From contig JAZRAE010000049.1 of NCBI GenBank assembly GCA_045634385.1, positions 5,453 through 69,452 of the forward strand: a DNA stretch of 64,000 bases. Direction: 5' to 3'. Below the pieces are notes generated by a model. That model searched no databases and was not told where the DNA came from. It was given only the letters and a program-made list of their open reading frames with translations. Source of the stretch: Eubacteriales bacterium (GTDB lineage: Bacteria; Bacillota; Clostridia; Oscillospirales; CAG-272). This document shows, one piece after another, positions 27,257 through 35,544 of this stretch (position 1 is its first letter; the number at the start of each line of letters is the position of its first letter). A program made the position numbers and the translations under genes.

Positions 27257-27272
27257 TTACTATATATAGTGT
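27257..27272. promoter_or_regulatory. NrdR box 2 (upstream of the -35)
   Basis: TTACTATATATAGTGT, 14/16 palindromic. Start-to-start spacing to box 1 is 32 bp, about three helical turns. Confidence 0.6.
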
Positions 27273-27845
27273 TTTAAAAAATTCTAAAAAATGGAAAAGA
27301 CATCATTTTTCAACAAATAAAAACAATAATTTTTGGTTATTTTACCACTTGCTTTTTTTGCATTCAAAATAAAGTGGGGCAGATTATTTTTAACCTTGTT
27401 TATTTTAGCTAAAATAACATTATTTTTTTCTCCAAACTTCTATTTGCGATTTCATATTTTCATTTTCAGACCAAGAGAAAACAGGCGGAGTTTTTTTACA
27501 AATGTTCAAATAAAATCGGCAATGTTTATTATCGCCCTCCCCACTCGCTTGGCTGCTTTAAGTGATTCGTATGCTCCACCGTAATTTTGATTTACGTAAG
27601 CTATCACTAAAAGGAAAAACAAAGTGTTAAAAGGTTATTACCGTAAAACGTTTTTGTGAAGGCGCAGGGATAACATTATCCGAATTTTTCGACAGAGATT
27701 ATTTTAACGAGCCTGAGGAAGATTAATAAAACTATAAAAACTTGATTAAAAAGGTCAGAGATTACTTTGGTTTTCTCCGGCCTTTTCTATTGTTAGATAT
27801 TTTTTGTTAGTTCCAAAACCATTTTTAAAAGCGTTCTCATCATCC

Positions 27846-27875
27846 TTGACATTTCAACCTTATAAATGGTAAAAT
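27846..27875 (+). promoter_or_regulatory. promoter of the EamA gene (and possibly the downstream operon)
   Basis: TTGACA-N18-TAAAAT with a TGG extended -10. Confidence 0.5.
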
Positions 27876-27903
27876 GTTCTTACAAAGAAAAACGGAGAAT
27901 CGT

Positions 27904-28857
27904 ATGAATAAGAAAAAATATATTTCCCTTGCACTTTTGTTCGCCGCGGCAGTGATTTGGGGCTTTGCCTTTGCGGCGCAGGATGCGGCATCCGAGGTCG
28001 GAGCTTTTACACTCGGATTTGCAAGAAGCATTGTTGCGGGTGTATTCCTTATCGGAGTCGTTGTCGCATTTGATAAGCTTCTCGGCACGGGTAGGCATCT
28101 GTTCAGCAAGAGCGGTATTGATATTAACAAAACCGAGCTTATCGGCGGTATTATCATAGGAGTTGTCTTGGTAGTTGCATCTGCCTTCCAACAGATCGGT
28201 ATTAATTCGGGCACGGATGGTGGAAAAGCGGCGTTTATCACCGCTCTTTACGTTGTTCTCGTCCCGGTATATGCTTTAGCACTCAAAAAACGCGCGCCCA
28301 TCAACGTGTGGATAAGTGTTGCTGTTGCCGTTGTCGGCTTCTATCTGCTTTGCATCAAGGATGACCTCAGCATCGCCCCATCCGATCTGCTCGTTATCGC
28401 CTGCTCTATGATATTCCCTATCCATATTTTAGCTATCGATCATTTTTCACCCAAGTGTGACGGTATAAGAATGTCATTGGTACAGTTCTTTACCGCGGCT
28501 ATACTCAATCTCATACTTGCCTTGACTTTGGAAGGCCCAAAAGCACTGGGCGCGATATTCCCGAGCATTCTACCCATCCTATATCTCGGTATAGGCTCGA
28601 GCGGTATCGCTTACACCCTGCAGATAATAGGACAAAAAGGAATCAATCCTGCAGTAGCATCTATAATCCTCTCGCTTGAATCCGTATTCGGCATAATAGG
28701 TACTGCTCTGTTCCTCGGTCAGACGCTCACACCGCGTGAATATCTCGGTTGTGCAGTAGTGCTTGTAGCGGTAATTCTTTCGCAGATAGACTTTAGCATC
28801 GCGATTAAGAAACTAAAACAAATTTTTACAGCGAAAAGAAATCAGAACAACCTATAA
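27904..28857 (+). CDS. EamA/DMT family transporter
   Basis: 10 TM segments and two EamA repeats (AAVIWGFAFAAQ...). Start set at MNKKKYISL after GGAGAA. Confidence 0.85.
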   Translation: MNKKKYISLALLFAAAVIWGFAFAAQDAASEVGAFTLGFARSIVAGVFLIGVVVAFDKLLGTGRHLFSKSGIDINKTELIGGIIIGVVLVVASAFQQIGINSGTDGGKAAFITALYVVLVPVYALALKKRAPINVWISVAVAVVGFYLLCIKDDLSIAPSDLLVIACSMIFPIHILAIDHFSPKCDGIRMSLVQFFTAAILNLILALTLEGPKALGAIFPSILPILYLGIGSSGIAYTLQIIGQKGINPAVASIILSLESVFGIIGTALFLGQTLTPREYLGCAVVLVAVILSQIDFSIAIKKLKQIFTAKRNQNNL

Positions 28858-28920
28858 AAAGAACTTTTCGGAGGTTTTTATATTAAACACCGAAAAACAT
28901 TCGAAAGAAAGGAGCGAAAA

Positions 28921-29847
28921 ATGAGCTGGATAAATGCGTTTGAGCTGATGTGTTACATAATAGTTGCCATCATGCTCGCAGATTTGGTAAGAAAAAAGGA
29001 CTATGATGCGCTCTTCACCTTTGGTGCGGCGGCTTTGGTCGGCTTCTTTATGGAGCTTGCCGCGGTAGCGGTAACCGATATATATTATTATAATGATAGT
29101 TTTTGGTTGAGTCTTGGCAAAGTGCCTAAGCAATTTCCTCTGTTTGGCGGCTTTATGTGGGGAGGTCTTACCGTCTACGGAATCCGCCTTGCAAAAAAAC
29201 TTAACTTCGGCAAATGGATGACTGCCTTGTCTGCAGGATTCTTTATTGTTACTATGGATATACTGCTTGACGTTGTGGCAATCCGTCTTGACGGAGGTTT
29301 CTGGGTCTGGGTTGGCAATCCTATTAACACCGAGATCACACAACACACCTTCCTCAGCGTAATTTGGGTAAACTTCCTCGGATATATGTTTGAAACGCCG
29401 GCAGTTGTTCTTTTAACACAACTGAAATACAAAAAGGTTAAACCCAACGAATGGGTTAAACAAACGATTGGAATGTTTCTTGTTGCCATAGGCGCAATTT
29501 TGGTTACTGCGGTGGGCAGCCTGCTGTCTCTCGGACTAAACGCAATTACCGATGATTGGTTTTCTTGCATAGCGTTCTCTCTTTTGTGGGTAACTCTAAC
29601 GGTGATAATAATCCGCCAAATGGTAGAGATTAAGCTTATTCCCCTACATCCAAAAAAATGGGATATCCCTATGCTTATCTTTTGGATGGCTATGTACGGC
29701 TACTGCCTTATAGCTCTCGGTCATTTGGGTCTTATTTCCGAATTGCCGTGGTTCTTTATCGTAGGTTTAATATTTACCACAGGTACAGCTTACGTATCAG
29801 TTTCATCTGTAAACAGTTATAAAATTAAGGAGATTACCAATGAGTAA
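28921..29847 (+). CDS. polytopic membrane protein, carotenoid-biosynthesis-protein/DUF422 (CruF-type)-like
   Basis: 308 aa, about 8 TM segments. The motif MDILLDVVAIRLDGGFWVWV resembles, from memory, the D..DP.A...G.W.W block of the CruF/DUF422 family. RBS is AAAGGAG. Confidence 0.45.
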   Translation: MSWINAFELMCYIIVAIMLADLVRKKDYDALFTFGAAALVGFFMELAAVAVTDIYYYNDSFWLSLGKVPKQFPLFGGFMWGGLTVYGIRLAKKLNFGKWMTALSAGFFIVTMDILLDVVAIRLDGGFWVWVGNPINTEITQHTFLSVIWVNFLGYMFETPAVVLLTQLKYKKVKPNEWVKQTIGMFLVAIGAILVTAVGSLLSLGLNAITDDWFSCIAFSLLWVTLTVIIIRQMVEIKLIPLHPKKWDIPMLIFWMAMYGYCLIALGHLGLISELPWFFIVGLIFTTGTAYVSVSSVNSYKIKEITNE

Positions 29848-30970
29848 AATCTTAAAGTCGATACACCCTGACGATGATATGCACTATGAAAAAATGGGGC
29901 TTAAACGTGACGTAGTCGAGCTTTGGGAGGACGGCTCGCGTGTAGGCGGCAAGAAGGGTGAGTACGAATGGTGGTACTACGACTCCCACTATCCTGACGG
30001 AACTATCCTCGTCATATTCTTTTATTCCAAGATGCCCATTGCTGTTGACGGACCTATAAAGCCTATCTCGACAATAGAGCTGACTTTGCCGGATGGACGA
30101 AAGTTCTCCGAGGAGGTTTTTGCAACCATCGAGGAAAGCCACTACGCGAAGGACAGATGCGACGTAAAGATCGGTGAGTGCTGCTGTCAAGGCGATCTCA
30201 AGCACTACGAAGTAGTATTCAAGGGCAAGAATATGGAAGCCCGAATGACACTTGACGGAACCATACGGGCTTGGCGTTCACAGACGGGCAGTATTTTCTT
30301 CGGAGATAACGAAGAACACTACTTTGCCTGGCTGCCTGCTATTCCCGAAGGCAAAGCAGTCGCCGATGTTACTTATGACGGTGGTAAAAAGCTTCACCTT
30401 GAAGGTTCCGGATACCATGATCACAATTGGGGCAACATCTCAATGTTAAAGCTCATGCATCATTGGTATTGGGGCAGAGCCAAGATAGGAAATTACAAGG
30501 TTATATCCTCTTGGATAACAGGCGCAAAAAAGTACGGCTTCAAGGATCACGACGTATTTATGATAGCCAAGGACGGCGAAATTCTTGGCGACAACTCAAA
30601 CCACACATTGAAATTCAAGCCCGAAGGCAGATATATAGACGAGTATACCGGTAAGCCCGTATATGGCAAGGTGGTCTATGAATATACAACCGAGTCGGGT
30701 GAAGAATACAGAATAATCTACGACCGTCACGGTGACATCAACAAGACGTGCTTTGTTGATGTTCTGCCTAAGCCTCTCGGTATTTTGGCAAAGCTTATAG
30801 GTTTTGATGGCGGATATCTGCGTTTTGAAGGCAGAGCCACCGTTGAAAAGCTTGAGAACGGTGCCGTCACCGAAACGGTAAGCGATCCCGCAGTCTGGGA
30901 GCTTATGTACTTTGGCAAAGCGTGTGCGGATGAAAGATACCGAGAAAAATCGGAGAAAGTATATGATTAA
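29840..30970 (+). CDS. CrtC/AttH-like (hydroxyneurosporene-synthase family) beta-barrel protein
   Basis: The GEYEWWYYDSH and GSGYHDHNWGN motifs are typical of the CrtC N-terminal/lipocalin-like family. No signal peptide. 8-nt overlap (ATGAGTAA) with the upstream gene. Confidence 0.6.
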   Translation: MSKILKSIHPDDDMHYEKMGLKRDVVELWEDGSRVGGKKGEYEWWYYDSHYPDGTILVIFFYSKMPIAVDGPIKPISTIELTLPDGRKFSEEVFATIEESHYAKDRCDVKIGECCCQGDLKHYEVVFKGKNMEARMTLDGTIRAWRSQTGSIFFGDNEEHYFAWLPAIPEGKAVADVTYDGGKKLHLEGSGYHDHNWGNISMLKLMHHWYWGRAKIGNYKVISSWITGAKKYGFKDHDVFMIAKDGEILGDNSNHTLKFKPEGRYIDEYTGKPVYGKVVYEYTTESGEEYRIIYDRHGDINKTCFVDVLPKPLGILAKLIGFDGGYLRFEGRATVEKLENGAVTETVSDPAVWELMYFGKACADERYREKSEKVYD

Positions 30971-31730
30971 AAGGTTATATGAAAAAAGCGAGCTCGGGTT
31001 CAGCATAGCTTGGATCATTGCGTATTGCATGCTCGCATCAATAGGCGATAATTTGTCAATAAATATTGGCATTATAAAGGTTTTAACTCTGCCGATATTG
31101 ATAGTTCTTTCTTTAGTGCTTTTCATTTTTATAAAGAAAAACGGTCTTTCCGGAAGATATGGTCTTTGCAAATCAAATCTCCCCGCCAAAAAGATGCTGT
31201 ATTACATTCCTTTGATAATTCTTCTGACAGCTAACTTTTGGTTTGGATTTGCAACAAACGCCTCTGCCGTCGAAACCGTGCTTTACGTACTGTCTATGAT
31301 CCTTGTCGGTTTTCTTGAGGAAATGATCTTCCGAGGATTCTTATTTGGCGCAATGGCAAAAGACAATCTGAAATCTGCAATCATAGTATCAAGCCTCACC
31401 TTCGGCATCGGACATATCATAAATTTGATCAACGGCTCGGGAGCGGAGCTTTTGCAAAACGTATTACAGATAATCTATGCCATCGCTATCGGCTTCGCCT
31501 TTGTAATGATTTACTGTAAGACAAAGAGCTTGATTTATTGCATTCTTACGCACAGCTTATTTAATGCTGCAAGTGCATTTTCAAACGAAGCGGCGGCAGA
31601 AAAAGATATGTATATCCTCTCCTGCATTTTAATTGCAGTAATTGCAGGTGCATACGCGGTATATATCGCTCTCGCCATCGAGGACGAAGAACCGGACAAA
31701 GAAGAGCCATTACATATAAAACACGATTAA
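30963..31730 (+). CDS. CPBP family intramembrane glutamic endopeptidase (CAAX/Abi)
   Basis: Motifs EEMIFRGFLF, FGIGH and THSLFN. Start at MIKRLYEK, with an 8-nt overlap (ATGATTAA) with the upstream gene. Confidence 0.85.
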   Translation: MIKRLYEKSELGFSIAWIIAYCMLASIGDNLSINIGIIKVLTLPILIVLSLVLFIFIKKNGLSGRYGLCKSNLPAKKMLYYIPLIILLTANFWFGFATNASAVETVLYVLSMILVGFLEEMIFRGFLFGAMAKDNLKSAIIVSSLTFGIGHIINLINGSGAELLQNVLQIIYAIAIGFAFVMIYCKTKSLIYCILTHSLFNAASAFSNEAAAEKDMYILSCILIAVIAGAYAVYIALAIEDEEPDKEEPLHIKHD

Positions 31731-31736
31731 TATGAC

Positions 31737-31788
31737 AAACAAAAAGCAAGAGCCAAGGATTTTCCCCAAGCTCTTGCTTTTGTTTTTG
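31737..31788. terminator. bidirectional terminator between the CPBP gene and the small convergent ORF
   Basis: AAAAGCAAGAGC-N16-GCTCTTGCTTTT, with U-tracts on both strands. Confidence 0.75.
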
Positions 31789-31796
31789 CTATTCGA

Positions 31797-32027
31797 TTAA
31801 TTCTCAAGAACCCAAGCGTCAGCAACCTTCTTGGACATTCTCTTGATGCCCTCGGTGGTGTACTTGGACTCTTCGCCGCCGTTGGTGTAGAGGAAGTACT
31901 TGCCCTCTGCGGTAACGTAGAGAGTTTCCTCGTATCCTGCGGGATCGCCAAAGTAGCCGTTTACTACCTTCTTAACGATGGTAGAAGTAGCGGTATCATA
32001 CTCAGTGCCACAAATAATCTTCTTCAT
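31797..32027 (-). CDS. small hypothetical protein (76 aa)
   Basis: Clean ORF MKKIICGTEYDT...YEETLYVTAEGKYFLYTNGG with RBS AAAGGA. GC-rich third codon positions suggest high expression. A terminator lies directly downstream. Confidence 0.6.
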   Translation of the reverse strand: MKKIICGTEYDTATSTIVKKVVNGYFGDPAGYEETLYVTAEGKYFLYTNGGEESKYTTEGIKRMSKKVADAWVLEN

Positions 32028-32140
32028 TTTTCTTATCCTTTCTCTATATTTTTAACATCACACATCCTATCGATATCCAAGATGAATTAGGCAATGATAA
32101 TTTGGAGGTAAGCCTTAATAAATTGAGGTTTAACGCTCTA

Positions 32141-33064
32141 TCACTGGTCCTTGATCTTAGCAATATCATAAGGTGTAGTCTGATAAACAAAGTAATTGAG
32201 CCAATTGGTGAACAGAAGCGTTGCGTGAGCGCGCCAGGTAAGCATCGGCGGCTTCGTATCATCGTCACCCGGGTAATAGTTCTTCGGCACCTTGGGATTT
32301 ATACCAAGAGCCTTATCTCTTTGATACTCCTTCTCAAGAGTATTGGCGTCGTACTCGGAGTGTCCCGTAAGGAATACCTGTTTGCCACCCGGAGTAATAA
32401 CAGCGTAAACACCCGCTTCCTCGGAGGATGCAAGTATCTTTAAAAGAGGCGTTGCCTCAATATCCTCGCGCAACACAGTTGTATACCTTGAATGAGGCAC
32501 GTAGAATACCTCGTCAAATCCTCGGAAAAGTATCGAACGCTTATAGTCAACGGTATGAGGATACACGCCGGAGAGCTTCTCATCCATCAAATACTTCTTT
32601 ATACCGAAGTGGTAATAAAGTCCTGCCTGCGCACCCCAGCAAATATGCAGAGTACTATGTACATGAGTCTTTGACCACTCCATAATTTCCACAAGCTCGT
32701 CCCAATACTCAACCTCTTCAAACTCCATCTTCTCAACCGGAGCTCCGGTAATAACGAGTCCGTCAAAGTATCTATCCTTTACATCCGAGAATTCCTTGTA
32801 GAATGCGAGCAGATGCTCCTCGGATATATTTTTTGATTTATGGGTTGTTGTGTGTATAAGTTCAATTTCAACCTGAAGGGGTGTGTTACCCAAAAGACGC
32901 GATAGTTGCGTTTCTGTGTCAACTTTTGTTGGCATTAAATTCAAAATGAGTATCTTCAGAGGACGAATGTCCTGTGTGATAGCTCTTGTTTCCGTCATAA
33001 CGAAAATGTTTTCCGCCTCGAGAGTTCTCACAGCGGGAAGTTCGTTAGGAATCTTGATCGGCAT
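32141..33064 (-). CDS. metA: homoserine O-acyltransferase (MetA family)
   Basis: [23 protein letters not shown]...ILNLMP...HICWGAQA are hallmark MetA sequences. Confidence 0.9.
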   Translation of the reverse strand: MPIKIPNELPAVRTLEAENIFVMTETRAITQDIRPLKILILNLMPTKVDTETQLSRLLGNTPLQVEIELIHTTTHKSKNISEEHLLAFYKEFSDVKDRYFDGLVITGAPVEKMEFEEVEYWDELVEIMEWSKTHVHSTLHICWGAQAGLYYHFGIKKYLMDEKLSGVYPHTVDYKRSILFRGFDEVFYVPHSRYTTVLREDIEATPLLKILASSEEAGVYAVITPGGKQVFLTGHSEYDANTLEKEYQRDKALGINPKVPKNYYPGDDDTKPPMLTWRAHATLLFTNWLNYFVYQTTPYDIAKIKDQ

Positions 33065-33102
33065 TATATTTCTCCATTAAGTAATCGTTCTATAGCGTAG
33101 CT

Positions 33103-34392
33103 TTATATACTCTCAAGAGCCTCTTTGAGATCCGCAATAAGGTCATCCTTATTTTCAATTCCGCAGGAATAACGCACCAAGTCACTTGATACACCCGCGG
33201 CTATAAGCTCCTCATCATTCATTTGTCTGTGAGTCGCAGATGCAGGATGTAAGCAGCAGGTACGTGCGTCGGCAACGTGAGTTTCTATTGCGCCGAGCTT
33301 GAGATTTTTCATAAATTTCTCTGCGGCAAGTCTTCCGCCCTTTACGCCGAAGCTGATAACGCCGCAAGTGCCCTTTGGCATATACTTTTTAGCAAGATCA
33401 TAATATTTGTCACCCTCAAGACCGGGATATCTTACCCAAGATACGTTCTCGTGAGCTTCAAGAAATTTCGCAATCGCAAGAGCGTTCTCGCAATGTCTTT
33501 CCATACGCACATGAAGACTTTCAAGTCCGAGTCCGAGCAAAAATGCGCTCTGCGGAGACTGTGTGCAGCCAAAGTCACGCATAAGCTGAGCGGTACACTT
33601 AGTTATAAATGCACCTTCCTTACCGAACTTTTCTGCATAAGTAATACCGTGATAGCTATCGTCGGGTGTACAAAGACCGGGGAACTTATCTGCATAAGCC
33701 ATCCAATCAAAGTTACCTGAGTCAACGATGCATCCGCCGACCGCCGAGCCGTGGCCATCCATATACTTGGTGGTGGAATGAGTAACAATGTCTGCTCCCC
33801 ACTCAATAGGTCTGCAGTTTATAGGCGTAGCAAAGGTATTGTCTATGATAAGCGGAACACCGTGAGCGTGAGCACACTTTGCGAACAACTCAATATCAAG
33901 TACGTTGAGCGCCGGATTAGCGATAGTTTCTCCAAATACCGCCTTAGTGTTAGGTCTAAATGCAGCGTTAAGCTCCTCCTCCGTAGAGTCGGGAGAAACG
34001 AAGGTAAAGGAAATTCCCATCTTCTTCATAGTAACCGCGAAGAGATTATACGAACCGCCATAAATGGCAGATGATGAGATAACGTGATCACCCGCTGATG
34101 CGATGTTAAACACAGCAAAGAAATTTGCCGCCTGACCGGAGGATGTAAGCATTGCCGCACTGCCGCCTTCAAGCTCACATATTCTTGCCGCAACGGTATC
34201 GCAGGTAGGATTCTGAAGTCTGGAATAGAAGTAGCCCGACGCCTCAAGATCAAAGAGCTTGCCCATATCCTCACTTGTAGCATACTTGAAGGTGGTGCTC
34301 TGAATTATCGGAATCTGTCTCGGCTCGCCGCTCAAAGGGGAATAACCGCCCTGCACACAGCTTGTTTCTATCTGAACTTTTCTTTCTTTCAT
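33103..34392 (-). CDS. metY: O-acetylhomoserine sulfhydrylase (PLP-dependent)
   Basis: Cys/Met-metabolism PLP family. STTKYMDGHG contains the PLP lysine, and the N-terminus has QGGY..GEPR. Start set at MKERKVQ. Confidence 0.9.
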   Translation of the reverse strand: MKERKVQIETSCVQGGYSPLSGEPRQIPIIQSTTFKYATSEDMGKLFDLEASGYFYSRLQNPTCDTVAARICELEGGSAAMLTSSGQAANFFAVFNIASAGDHVISSSAIYGGSYNLFAVTMKKMGISFTFVSPDSTEEELNAAFRPNTKAVFGETIANPALNVLDIELFAKCAHAHGVPLIIDNTFATPINCRPIEWGADIVTHSTTKYMDGHGSAVGGCIVDSGNFDWMAYADKFPGLCTPDDSYHGITYAEKFGKEGAFITKCTAQLMRDFGCTQSPQSAFLLGLGLESLHVRMERHCENALAIAKFLEAHENVSWVRYPGLEGDKYYDLAKKYMPKGTCGVISFGVKGGRLAAEKFMKNLKLGAIETHVADARTCCLHPASATHRQMNDEELIAAGVSSDLVRYSCGIENKDDLIADLKEALESI

Positions 34393-34483
34393 TTTATTTT
34401 TCCTTTCACACATCCAAGCGAGCTCTAAACACGCTCTTGTCTATGAGATTTTAAATTTTCGATCCAAGTTTGCTAACTCGATA

Positions 34484-34512
34484 ATTTTATCATACTGTAC
34501 AAATTTTGTCAA
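34484..34512 (-). promoter_or_regulatory. metY-metA promoter
   Basis: The minus strand reads TTGACA-N17-TAAAAT. Leader of about 85 nt. Confidence 0.5.
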
Positions 34513-34636
34513 GACATTTCGTTAATATTTTACAAATTTTAATGCGTGTACGTACAGGCGTATGCCTAAAATATGTTATTTTCAGTTATTTTGTCAAGTA
34601 GGTGCTGTTTTTGTGTTAATTGTTTGTTTTTTATTC

Positions 34637-34665
34637 TTGACTAATTAACAAAACTGTGATAAAAT
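34637..34665 (+). promoter_or_regulatory. mgtC promoter
   Basis: TTGACT-N17-TAAAAT with a TGn extension. Confidence 0.5.
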
Positions 34666-34709
34666 ATATTCCCAATGAATCCACCTCAAAACGAGGAAAG
34701 GAGAATGAT

Positions 34710-35420
34710 ATGAACTTTTTACTGTGGGCTTACACACCGAGCTTTTCTTTGGAAGAACTTGCGATAGCGGCATTCAGAATAAGCCTTGCACTCATAATAG
34801 GAGGCATCATCGGCATGGAGAGAGGCCGTCACGGCCGTGCGGCGGGTATGCGTACGCATATTCTCGTGTGTCTTGGCGCAACACTTGCATCAATGACGGG
34901 CATGTACGCCTATAACTTAATCGGCGGCACAAACGATCCTTTAAGACTTGCGGCACAGGTTATATCCGGCATCGGTTTCCTTGGTGTAGGCACTATACTT
35001 ATCAAAGGTAGATTCCAGATCACAGGTCTTACAACTGCGGCAGGAATCTGGTGCGCGGCAACAATAGGTATCGCGCTCGGTATTGGATATTACGAAGGTG
35101 CAATTGTTACATTTCTCGGTTCTGTAATTGCAGTAACCGTTATGCACCGTTTTGAATACAGAGTGGCAAGACGTCATTCGAGATTCGGTATGTATGTTGA
35201 GATAGTTTCTGCAGAAAAGGTGCGTCCGATCATCGACTATCTCTCTCAACATTACAATGCAATAGATTTACAGATTACACCCCCGAGAAGCGGCACTTCG
35301 GGATACGTAGGTGTTGAAGTTAACATACTGCCGTCTTCGAAAAGCCCTACCACACCGCAAGCCGTTGCACAGGGGCTTGAAGCTCTCGATGACGTAGTAT
35401 TCGCTCTTGAATCAATTTAA
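34710..35420 (+). CDS. mgtC: MgtC/SapB family membrane protein
   Basis: IGGIIGMERGRHGRAAGMRTHILVCLGA is the MgtC signature. Start set at MNFLLWAY after AAAGGAGAA. Confidence 0.85.
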   Translation: MNFLLWAYTPSFSLEELAIAAFRISLALIIGGIIGMERGRHGRAAGMRTHILVCLGATLASMTGMYAYNLIGGTNDPLRLAAQVISGIGFLGVGTILIKGRFQITGLTTAAGIWCAATIGIALGIGYYEGAIVTFLGSVIAVTVMHRFEYRVARRHSRFGMYVEIVSAEKVRPIIDYLSQHYNAIDLQITPPRSGTSGYVGVEVNILPSSKSPTTPQAVAQGLEALDDVVFALESI

Positions 35421-35443
35421 ATTTAACAAGCAATAAAGTCAAC

Positions 35444-35480
35444 AAAAGTGTTCATTTTTCAACAAATGAACACTTTTGTA
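35444..35480 (+). terminator. terminator after mgtC
   Basis: AAAAGTGTTCATTT-ttcaac-AAATGAACACTTTT. Confidence 0.8.
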
Positions 35481-35493
35481 TTTCGCAACAAAG

Positions 35494-35536
35494 AAAGCTC
35501 ACCTTCCCTGCTTTATAGGAAAAGGTGAGCTTTTTA
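35494..35536 (-). terminator. terminator after the Na/Pi-PhoU gene
   Basis: AAAGCTCACCTT-N16-AAGGTGAGCTTT, with a T-rich tract on the minus strand. Confidence 0.7.
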
Positions 35537-35544
35537 TTCGCTTT

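Noticed and set aside
27333-27584. An 83-aa + strand ORF in the long intergenic region.
   Set aside because: It uses a non-ATG start, has no RBS and has a Phe/Ile/Leu-rich junk-like sequence in AT-rich DNA. It is probably not coding.
28921-30970. Annotating this as a carotenoid biosynthesis cluster.
   Set aside because: No phytoene synthase, phytoene desaturase or GGPP synthase gene is present in the window, and the organism looks like a non-pigmented strict anaerobe. Only family resemblance is claimed.
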